Origin: Candidatus Magasanikiibacteriota bacterium
GTDB lineage: Bacteria > Patescibacteriota > Patescibacteriia > Magasanikbacterales > 2-02-FULL-50-9b
Direction of reading: 5' to 3'
Length of the DNA stretch: 64,000 nt
NCBI GenBank assembly: GCA_903893485.1
Contig: CAITMK010000008.1
Coordinates: 10,612 to 74,611 of the forward strand
The notes under the pieces were generated by a model that saw nothing but the letters and a program-made list of their open reading frames with translations, searched no databases and was not told the DNA's origin. Position numbers and translations under genes: made by a program. Shown here piece after piece: positions 56,869 to 64,000 of this stretch; within the stretch, counting starts at the first letter, position 1, and every line of letters starts with the position of its first letter.

Positions 56869-57036
56869 AGGAGAAGGAGTTACAAAGTGGTGGTACTATA
56901 ACATGAATGCTGCTTGTGGATAAGTGCCTCAAAACGGCAAAAAATGTGTATAACCTGTGGAAAATCTGTTGATAACTTGTGTATGGGTGAGGATTGGACA
57001 AAAAAAAGCTTTTGATGTATGATAAGCCAACTTGAA
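56869..57036. promoter_or_regulatory. dnaA upstream region with DnaA boxes (oriC part)
   Basis: perfect TGTGGATAA 56914..56922; TGTGTATAA 56945..56953; TGTTGATAA 56967..56975. Confidence 0.6.
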
Positions 57037-57186
57037 TATGCCAAAACGCACGTATCAACCTAAAAAACGCAAGCGCGCTAAGACGCACGGCTTTCGCTCA
57101 CGCATGAGCACTAAGACTGGCCGCGCCGTATTGGCTCGTCGCCGCGTAAAGGGTCGCAAGAAACTTACGGTTTCAGAAGAAGCATA
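57037..57186 (+). CDS. rpmH: 50S ribosomal protein L34
   Basis: [49 protein letters not shown]. Confidence 0.9.
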
Positions 57187-57188
57187 AT

Positions 57189-57533
57189 GTGATTACGCGG
57201 GTTTTTCGCGTTACCACAGATAAAGACATCAAACGGGTGTTAAAACTCGGGCGTAGATTTTCTGCGCCCGAGTTTTCGTTACACACTCTTCAAAACACAT
57301 TAAATCACCCACGAATGTGTGTTATTGTAGCTTCGGGGGTTTCCAAAAAGGCGGTGGTGCGTAATCGGCTAAAGCGTCAGGTGCGCGAATCGCTGCGTCT
57401 TTTAATAAAAGAGGGTAAAATTGGGTATACCATTGATATGGTGGTGGTTGTTCGACCAGGTTTTATAAAAGTTGAAGACTCGACACGGCAACAATTTTTT
57501 TCTGATTTTCTCAAAAAAATCGGACTTATATGA
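57189..57533 (+). CDS. rnpA: ribonuclease P protein component
   Basis: position after rpmH, basic 114-aa protein with RNase P motif-like KRLKRQVRE; coordinates from ORF track (GTG-type start). Confidence 0.8.
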   Translation: MITRVFRVTTDKDIKRVLKLGRRFSAPEFSLHTLQNTLNHPRMCVIVASGVSKKAVVRNRLKRQVRESLRLLIKEGKIGYTIDMVVVVRPGFIKVEDSTRQQFFSDFLKKIGLI

Positions 57534-57814
57534 AAGTCTGGGGGCATATAGTCTTTTTTCCACGCGCCGTGGGCATGTTGGCAATTCGTGCGTACCAAAA
57601 AACAATTTCGCCTGATCACGGTTTATTTAAGGCAATGTTTCCTTACGGCTACTGCAAGTTTTCTCCATCATGTAGCCAATATGGATATGAGGCGCTAGAA
57701 AAAAACGGACTTTTGCTAGGAAGTTTGCAGGCACTGTGGCGTATTTTGCGGTGTAATCCATTTTCTAGGGGCGGGGAGGATCAAGTAAAAAAGCTAAAGA
57801 TCAATTTCAAATAA
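57530..57814 (+). CDS. yidD: membrane protein insertion efficiency factor YidD
   Basis: CKFSPSCSQYGYEAL matches YidD CxFxPSCSxY signature. Confidence 0.85.
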   Translation: MKVWGHIVFFPRAVGMLAIRAYQKTISPDHGLFKAMFPYGYCKFSPSCSQYGYEALEKNGLLLGSLQALWRILRCNPFSRGGEDQVKKLKINFK

Positions 57815-58015
57815 TTTTGTGCGGCTTGTTGCGCCACGAACTAAAGTAATACGTTGTTTTGCAATTTTATAATGGGCAGCCAATAGAGCAACAACTTTTT
57901 TTGTAGCCTCACCATCTTCGGGTATCGCGGTCGTATAAGCCTTGAGCTCTGTTGGGCTAATTACAATTATTTTATTTTGCTTTGCACGTGGTGTTGCCTG
58001 CACAGTGATGCGCAT
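57794..58015 (-). CDS. DUF167/YggU-family small protein
   Basis: 73 aa, MRITVQATPRAKQNKII... pattern of UPF0235. Confidence 0.6.
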   Translation of the reverse strand: MRITVQATPRAKQNKIIVISPTELKAYTTAIPEDGEATKKVVALLAAHYKIAKQRITLVRGATSRTKLFEIDL

Positions 58016-58016
58016 A

Positions 58017-58865
58017 TTATTTCTGGTCGCGAATTTTTTTCAGTAAGGCAATATCAGCAGCGATTTTTTCAGGCTCAGTTTCGCAGTACCAATTAATATG
58101 GGCTAACTTTGGGTGATGAACGAGCGCCTTAAACCCAGGTTTTCCAATAAAACCATCGCCTAAGTGTTCGTGACGATCTTTGTGGCCGCCTAATTCAATT
58201 TTTGAATCATTGCAGTGAGACATTTTTAAGCGTTTTATGCCAATAATTTTGTCAAAATCTGAAATTGTTTTTTCAACGGCTTCGGGAGTATGCAAATCAT
58301 AGCCTGAACCAAAAGCGTGCTGCGTATCAAAACAAACATTCATTTTTTGTGATAAAGATTTATCGGAATCGGTGCCATCTAAAATCTCAGCAATTTCTTC
58401 AAAAGTATCACCGATTACCTCGCCGGCACCGGCAGAAATTTCGAGTAATAATTCTGCGCTGCCGGTATAGCCATCCAAAATGCTGCGGCAGCACTCAATA
58501 ACTGAGGCAATTCCAACTTCGCGGCCAACTTCGCGCGCAGAACCTGGGTGAAACATGATATATGAAGCACCAAGCATGCTCGCACGCGACAACTCTTCTT
58601 TTAAAATCCTAACCGAGTTTTTGCGTAGGGCAACTTTGCCTGATGCCAAATTGATGTAATATGGTGCGTGTACCACCCATTCCGAAATTTTATTTTTTTT
58701 GCAACTTGTTTTAAACTGCTCAATTTGATCAGGAAGTAGTTTTGGTGCAGGGCCGCCCTGAGGAGATCTTGAAAAGATCTGAAAGCACTCAGCACCAATT
58801 GCGGCTGCGCGTTCTGGTGCATTTTCGACTCCGCCTGCAATTGATACATGAGCCCCGAACTTCAT
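58017..58865 (-). CDS. nfo: endonuclease IV (AP endonuclease, TIM barrel)
   Basis: MKFGAHVSIAGG N-terminus, HAPYYINLAS, FHPGS, His/Asp/Glu metal ligands; start overlaps NUDIX stop (ATGA). Confidence 0.85.
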   Translation of the reverse strand: MKFGAHVSIAGGVENAPERAAAIGAECFQIFSRSPQGGPAPKLLPDQIEQFKTSCKKNKISEWVVHAPYYINLASGKVALRKNSVRILKEELSRASMLGASYIMFHPGSAREVGREVGIASVIECCRSILDGYTGSAELLLEISAGAGEVIGDTFEEIAEILDGTDSDKSLSQKMNVCFDTQHAFGSGYDLHTPEAVEKTISDFDKIIGIKRLKMSHCNDSKIELGGHKDRHEHLGDGFIGKPGFKALVHHPKLAHINWYCETEPEKIAADIALLKKIRDQK

Positions 58866-59353
58866 AGATCGTAATAGGTTATATAGGGTGATGCCGCAAT
58901 GTTTTCTGCGTATTTTGTAAGGTAAATTTGTGCGCAACGTGGTTGGATGGTGACCAATGAAATGTCAGTGATATCAAGAAGTACGGGGGTGTGCGTGCCA
59001 AACTCTGCTTGCCACTCAGGTGAACTCTCAATACCGTTACCAGCCATAAGTTCGCCCGAGATAACCCCGCACTCATAAAAAAGCTGCGTATGAGTTGCTT
59101 CGGTACCTTTATAGATGGCAGTAAACAAGAGTCGCTGCGGCGTAATAACCAGATTAACTTCTTCTTCAGCTTCGCGCAAAAGAGCAATTTCAGGTGTTTC
59201 ACCATCATCAACACCGCCACCAGGCAAAACATAGTAGCCCTCTGGGTGGTTTTTGGTAATGCGATGAATAAAAAGAATCTTTCCTTCAATAAAAGTAATA
59301 AAACGGACGCGCAAGTCCGTAGCCAGGGCAAGGGAGGTTTCCATAGTGTGCAC
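58862..59353 (-). CDS. NUDIX hydrolase
   Basis: Nudix box GGGVDDGETPEIALLREAEEEV. Confidence 0.8.
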   Translation of the reverse strand: MHTMETSLALATDLRVRFITFIEGKILFIHRITKNHPEGYYVLPGGGVDDGETPEIALLREAEEEVNLVITPQRLLFTAIYKGTEATHTQLFYECGVISGELMAGNGIESSPEWQAEFGTHTPVLLDITDISLVTIQPRCAQIYLTKYAENIAASPYITYYDL

Positions 59354-59401
59354 AGTATAACAAACCTTGATTTATTGCGGAAATTTGGCTATGCTAGACG
59401 C

Positions 59402-60409
59402 ATGAAGATACTTATTGCCACTGGCATTTATCCTCCCGCAACAAGTGGGCCCGCTCAATATGCTGCGGCAATGGAAGACGAGTTTAAAGCGCGTGGCAAC
59501 TCAGTAACTGTTGCTACATTTAGTATTGAGCACAAACTACCAACGGGTTTGCGCCACGTGGTGTATTTTTTTAAAATTTTAAAATCCGCTTACTGCGCGG
59601 ATTTTATTTTAGCGCTTGATACCTTTAGTACCGGATTCCCGGCGGTGCTTGCGGGCAAATTATTTGGAACGCCGGTATTGCTTCGTACTGGCGGCGATTT
59701 TTTATATGAACAATATGTCGAGCGCACAAATGAACCGATAGTGCTTTCGCAATTTTATCTTGCGCCAAAATTAAATAAGAAGGAAAAAATTATTTTAAAA
59801 ATAATTCGTTGGACACTACAAAATGTTTCCGCACTCATTTTTTCTACGGAGTGGCAGCGTGATATTTTTATGAAGCCGTACGCACTTAAAAAACAAAGGA
59901 TTTTTGTGGTGCAAAATAGATTTGATAAAAAAATTTCAAATCTGCCGGCAACTCAGAAAAATTTTATTTTTGCGACCAGAAATATCGCATATAAAAATAT
60001 TTCTAATTTTAAAAAAGCATTTATTGCTGCACAAAAAAAATATCCTGAAATTACACTCGAGATAATTCACGACATGCCGCATGAAAAACTGATGGAAAAA
60101 ATGAAAACTTGTTATGTGGTTGTGATGCCGTCGCTCGGGGAAATTAGCCCCCACGTTATTTTAGATGCGGTACGTGTAAATAAACCATTTATTTTAACGC
60201 GTGAATCAGGCTATGCAGCGCTTTTTCAGGATGTTGGTATTCTGGTTGATCCGCAAGATTGTGTGAGTATGCAGCAAGGCATTGAATTTTTAGCAGAGGA
60301 TACTGCGTATGAAGCCGCGGTACTTAAGGTACAAAATTTTAATGTAATACATACGTGGAGGCAGATTGCCGATGAAATTTTAGATATATACAAAAAAATT
60401 TCAGTATGA
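59402..60409 (+). CDS. family 1 (GT4-type) glycosyltransferase
   Basis: MKILIATGIYPPATSGPAQYA N-terminus and C-terminal GT-B fold; start by in-frame ATG after promoter-like ATGCTAGAC. Confidence 0.75.
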   Translation: MKILIATGIYPPATSGPAQYAAAMEDEFKARGNSVTVATFSIEHKLPTGLRHVVYFFKILKSAYCADFILALDTFSTGFPAVLAGKLFGTPVLLRTGGDFLYEQYVERTNEPIVLSQFYLAPKLNKKEKIILKIIRWTLQNVSALIFSTEWQRDIFMKPYALKKQRIFVVQNRFDKKISNLPATQKNFIFATRNIAYKNISNFKKAFIAAQKKYPEITLEIIHDMPHEKLMEKMKTCYVVVMPSLGEISPHVILDAVRVNKPFILTRESGYAALFQDVGILVDPQDCVSMQQGIEFLAEDTAYEAAVLKVQNFNVIHTWRQIADEILDIYKKISV

Positions 60410-61491
60410 AAGTTTTCATGATTAGTTCCGATGCTTCTATTTTTGATTCGCAAAGTGATGCGCGCTTACGCATGCGAGCTTTGTCTCAAGGGCTTGAAAA
60501 CTTAACGATCGTTGTTTCGACAAAACAAAAATATAAGTCCGTAACTGATGGAGTGGTGCAGATTGTCGCAGCCGCTGGCAGTAACAAATTTTTACGTTTT
60601 GTAAAACTGTGTTTTGTTGCGCATGCTCAATTTAATAAAATCTACGAATTTGGTAATACCGTAATTACCGCGCAAGATCCATTTGAACACGGGTTAGTGG
60701 CAGCACTGCTCGCGATGATAAAAAATGCACCCGTGGAAATTCAAGTTCACACGGACGTCGCAAGCCCGTATTTTAAAAATGAAAATCTATTAAATCAGTT
60801 ACGTGCGTGGTTGGCAAAAATTATTTTGTCGCGCGCAACATATATTCGCGTGGTCAGCGAGTCGTTAAAAAAATCTTTAATAAATGGTAATTTTTTACAA
60901 CTTCCTGAAAATAAAATAAAAATAATACCTATTTTTGTTGATACGAAAAAAATTCAAGCCGCAGTGCCACTAAATTTACAGAATTTTGGACACCCAATTA
61001 TTTATATGGCTTCGCGGCTTACTGCAGAAAAACAAGTAGTACAGGCCGCACGAGTTATTCAAAAAATGAAAGCCCAATTTCCAGATATTGTACTGCTTAT
61101 TAGTGGTGATGGTCCATTAAAAAATGAATTAATGAAATTTTCTTGTGTTACGCTTACTGGCTTTGTGCCAAATGTTGAATCATATATGAAAGGTTCTGAT
61201 ATTTATCTGCTTAATTCATTGTACGAGGGATATGGCCGCACTTTAAAAATGGCATCGGCGGCAGAGGTGCCAATTGTAAGTACGCCGGTTGGAATTGCTC
61301 CAGAAATTATTACAGGAGAAAACGGAATTTTGATTGCAAAAATTGCAAATGATGAGGCGTTGGAACAGGCGCTTATGAATGCACTTCAAAGAAAAACTCC
61401 TTGGATATTTCAAGAAATTATACACGCAGAAGCAGAAGATACTATTACGAAACAGCAATCGCTTTGGCGCGAATGTTTAAATTTACAATAA
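60406..61491 (+). CDS. family 1 (GT4-type) glycosyltransferase
   Basis: E-x7-E-like C-terminal motif region (LYEGYGRTLKMASAAEVPIVSTPVG); overlaps previous GT stop. Confidence 0.75.
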   Translation: MKVFMISSDASIFDSQSDARLRMRALSQGLENLTIVVSTKQKYKSVTDGVVQIVAAAGSNKFLRFVKLCFVAHAQFNKIYEFGNTVITAQDPFEHGLVAALLAMIKNAPVEIQVHTDVASPYFKNENLLNQLRAWLAKIILSRATYIRVVSESLKKSLINGNFLQLPENKIKIIPIFVDTKKIQAAVPLNLQNFGHPIIYMASRLTAEKQVVQAARVIQKMKAQFPDIVLLISGDGPLKNELMKFSCVTLTGFVPNVESYMKGSDIYLLNSLYEGYGRTLKMASAAEVPIVSTPVGIAPEIITGENGILIAKIANDEALEQALMNALQRKTPWIFQEIIHAEAEDTITKQQSLWRECLNLQ

Positions 61492-62640
61492 AATTTCTTT
61501 TGGCTTTGGGCGTGAATTATATTCAGAGGCCATTGAAAATCCATAGGCGCCCGCGTTTAAAATCGCTAAAATATTTCCTTCCTGAATCGGTGGCATTGAT
61601 CTGTTACGTGCAAATAAATCGCCGGATTCGCAAATATTTCCCGCAATTGAAACTACTGTTTCAGGACCTCCAGACACTTGCGACGCATTTACTATTGGAT
61701 GATAGGATCCATACATCGCGGGTCGTACTAAATGATTAAAGCCAGAATTTACGCCAACAAAAATTTTGTATGGCGTTTTTTTAATGTCAGTAACCGTAAC
61801 TAAAAGTGTTCCCGATTCACAAACTAGATAGCGGCCTGATTCAAAAATAATTTCTGGTCGTGAACCATAACTCGCGACAAAATTTTCAAGCGACGCATCA
61901 ATACGTTTGCCAAGTTGTTTCATGTCGAGTGCTATTTCGGTGGGCTGATACGGCACACCAAATCCTCCACCACAATCGATATATTGAAGAGCGGGGAACT
62001 GATGAGCTGTTTCAAGAAGTGTATCGATTGCGCGCATAAAAATATCAGCATCTAAAATGTTTGATCCAATGTGTTGATGTAAACCAATAATTTTTAAGTT
62101 ATTTTTAGCAGCCGCCGCATGAAGTTCATCGAGCTGTGCAATATCAATACCAAATTTACTATCGGGCCCCCCGGTAATCACATGATCGTGATGACCCGCA
62201 CCAATGCCTTGATTTAATCGAACGCCAATTTCTGATCCAGGCTTGATGCGGCCCCATTTTTCAACTTGCCCCAATGAGTCCAAATTTACACGAATATTTC
62301 GATTTGCCAACCACTGAAGTTCAGCCAAAGTGAGATTGCTACAGGTAAAAATAATCTCTTCCGGCTTAAAGCCAGCTGTAAAAGCACGCTCGACTTCGCC
62401 AGGGCTAACTGCTTCTATGCGGGCACCTTCGCCGTGTAATATGCGCATTACGCCATCATGCGTATTTGCTTTACAAGCAAAATGGACATGCATTGGTTTG
62501 TAGGAAATTGAATCCGTAATTGCGTGATACGCGCTGCGAATTTTTGATGCCTCATATACATAAAGTGGCGAGCCATGCGTTGCAACCAAATCGTCTGCAG
62601 ATATATTTCCAAAATAAAGTTTATTTTCGCGGGTTTCCAT
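61483..62640 (-). CDS. lysA: PLP-dependent Orn/DAP/Arg decarboxylase family 2 enzyme (diaminopimelate decarboxylase-like)
   Basis: FACKAN PLP-lysine motif, GGGFG, C-terminal EPGR-like region. Confidence 0.75.
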   Translation of the reverse strand: METRENKLYFGNISADDLVATHGSPLYVYEASKIRSAYHAITDSISYKPMHVHFACKANTHDGVMRILHGEGARIEAVSPGEVERAFTAGFKPEEIIFTCSNLTLAELQWLANRNIRVNLDSLGQVEKWGRIKPGSEIGVRLNQGIGAGHHDHVITGGPDSKFGIDIAQLDELHAAAAKNNLKIIGLHQHIGSNILDADIFMRAIDTLLETAHQFPALQYIDCGGGFGVPYQPTEIALDMKQLGKRIDASLENFVASYGSRPEIIFESGRYLVCESGTLLVTVTDIKKTPYKIFVGVNSGFNHLVRPAMYGSYHPIVNASQVSGGPETVVSIAGNICESGDLFARNRSMPPIQEGNILAILNAGAYGFSMASEYNSRPKPKEILL

Positions 62641-62659
62641 AGTTAATACACTGTATCAC

Positions 62660-62700
62660 AAATTAGAAATAAAAAAATCAGGCCAAGGCCTGATTTTTTG
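62660..62700 (-). terminator. intrinsic terminator
   Basis: AAATCAGGCCAAGGCCTGATTTTTTG. Confidence 0.6.
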
Positions 62701-62710
62701 TGAAAACCAA

Positions 62711-63307
62711 TTAAGCGGCGTTAACTTTTTGTGCTGCAGGACGTGAAAGAATTGGTGTAAGCCAAGCAGTAATTGCAGGATATTCGCTAAGCGAAATTCC
62801 AATCACATCGGCGCGCATTACAATAGATGCGGCCGTAATATCAGCAAGGGTAAATTTCTCTGCAACCAAATATGTTTTGTTTTCAAGCGCCGCATTTAAA
62901 ATACCAAGCCAACGAGGGATTTCTGTGTGTGCGGCAGCAGTCGCATCGTTGTCTGGGGTGTTGCGCCACTTTTGCATAAACAATACCGAGAAAGAATGAT
63001 ACAGGTGAATCACGGACCACAAAGTCCACTGATTAATTAATGCGCGCTCTTCAACAGTTGATCCACCAAGTTGTGGCGCATATTTTTCTACAATGTAATT
63101 CATGATCGCAATAGATTCCCAAAGCACAAAATCACCATCAACTAATGTTGGGACTTTCCCATTTGGATTAAGTGCTAAATATTCAGCAGTTTTGTGACCG
63201 CCCGATGCCATGTCAACGTGAATGTTTTCATATGCAACACCAGCTTCTTCAAGAAGCCACATGCAACGCGCCGCACTCGATTGTTTTGGTCCGTAAATTT
63301 TGATCAT
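62711..63307 (-). CDS. glutathione S-transferase family protein
   Basis: N-terminal thioredoxin-like domain with KVPTLVDGDFVLWESIAIMNYI. Confidence 0.75.
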   Translation of the reverse strand: MIKIYGPKQSSAARCMWLLEEAGVAYENIHVDMASGGHKTAEYLALNPNGKVPTLVDGDFVLWESIAIMNYIVEKYAPQLGGSTVEERALINQWTLWSVIHLYHSFSVLFMQKWRNTPDNDATAAAHTEIPRWLGILNAALENKTYLVAEKFTLADITAASIVMRADVIGISLSEYPAITAWLTPILSRPAAQKVNAA

Positions 63308-63317
63308 ATATTTTTTA

Positions 63318-63971
63318 TTAAACGCGTAAATTTTTTCTGGTGACAAACTGCATGATACCAAAGAACAGGGCTGATACGCCAATAACCACCACTAATGAAA
63401 TAAATGGGTTTGTATCGCTGTATCCGGTGACGGCATAACGAATAATATTTATGTTATGGTGAATTGGATTAAATTGACTTAGAACCGCCCATTTGCCAGG
63501 CAGTGTTGAGATCGGATAAAAAACACCAGCCAAAAAAATCATTGGTTGCATCACGAAAGTGGTCATGAAAGTAAGAGTTTCAAAGTTTTTTGCCCAAAAA
63601 CCAAAACTCACGCCAAGCATACCAAACTCAATACCCGTGAGCCCGATGCCCGCAATTAAATAAGGCCAACTGTGAATTCCAAGACCTGGAATAAACCAAA
63701 CTGTTGCTAAAACCGCAACAAGCAGTGTTAAAAAACCGCGAGTCAATGCAGCGAGCGCATAAGCGACACCAATCTTCCAAGCTTTAATTGGCACCAATTG
63801 CAAATCAATTATGTTTCCAACATTTTTTGAAATGATAAGCGCAAATGAGGGGTTTGAAAAACTACTATTAACCATCATCATGCCGAGCAGACCCACATAT
63901 ACAAAAGTAATATAGGGAAGTGAGTGCGCGCCGTCGGTAATGGTGCGCCCGCCCGCAACGACACCAAACAC
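63318..63971 (-). CDS. ABC-2 type transporter permease (may extend beyond window end)
   Basis: six TM helices, typical ABC-2 membrane pattern. Confidence 0.6.
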   Translation of the reverse strand: MFGVVAGGRTITDGAHSLPYITFVYVGLLGMMMVNSSFSNPSFALIISKNVGNIIDLQLVPIKAWKIGVAYALAALTRGFLTLLVAVLATVWFIPGLGIHSWPYLIAGIGLTGIEFGMLGVSFGFWAKNFETLTFMTTFVMQPMIFLAGVFYPISTLPGKWAVLSQFNPIHHNINIIRYAVTGYSDTNPFISLVVVIGVSALFFGIMQFVTRKNLRV

Positions 63972-64000
63972 GCCTAAATATAGAGCAACTGAAACAATCG

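Noticed and set aside
1-64000. CRISPR arrays, rRNA genes, transposase/IS elements
   Set aside because: No direct-repeat/spacer periodicity, no rRNA-like conserved stretches and no transposase-like ORF were seen. The only recombinase is the xerD-like gene.

Overview
The window looks like a small, low-GC bacterial chromosome segment with compact genes. Native genes mostly lack a Shine-Dalgarno sequence and carry AT-rich intrinsic terminators. A Patescibacteria/CPR-like reduced genome is my inference, with low to moderate confidence. 

Native content, in order: 
- Start of window: a translationally coupled PP2C phosphatase and APH-fold kinase, a PAP2-like membrane protein, a GT2 glycosyltransferase, msrA, a NUDIX hydrolase and a DEAD-box helicase. 
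- Next: two secreted hypotheticals, an overlapping heterodimeric ABC exporter pair, and a lexA-dinB SOS operon with two Cheo-type LexA boxes. 
- Then: msrB, nrdA-nrdB (with an inverted pair of perfect DnaA boxes upstream), a YibE/F membrane protein, malic enzyme, gltX, and an ECF sigma with a putative anti-sigma. 
- Eight tandem T4SS-type pilin-like paralogs follow; three are fused to Cys-rich repeat modules. 
- Then: a sugar-binding lipoprotein, galU, a xerD-like recombinase, and tRNA-Ala, a LAGLIDADG-like ORF and tRNA-Arg. 
- Then: rmuC, rpsT, holA, polA, a TrmB-family regulator, an SPFH protein, tRNA-Cys and PBP1A. 
- The oriC region carries a 3D-domain protein, dnaN, dnaA, DnaA-box clusters, and rpmH-rnpA-yidD. 
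- End of window: a DUF167 protein, nfo, a second NUDIX hydrolase, two GT4 glycosyltransferases, a lysA-like decarboxylase, a GST and a partial ABC-2 permease. 

The most striking signal is at least eight compositionally foreign GC-rich cassettes set into intergenic gaps; one further GC-rich cassette-like gene at 16,167..17,686 (GNAT) has no clear promoter of this type. Each has the same architecture: a TTGACA-like -35 box, an exact 17-nt spacer, a TAnnnT -10 box, a strong GGAGG ribosome-binding site, a GC-rich CDS, then a hairpin ending in a T6ATTT-type tract. 

The cassettes encode an unknown coiled-coil protein plus PurA, an FGase-like amidohydrolase plus a GNAT acetyltransferase, two tandem unknowns with paralogous promoters and terminators, three other unknowns, and an MBL-fold hydrolase. 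Four of them alternate with native genes between 41.7 and 50.8 kb. Their terminators sit flush against neighbouring stop codons. 

They are either a dense set of host-adapted horizontal acquisitions or engineered insertions. I cannot assign a function to most of their products, so they are the best candidates for something undescribed.
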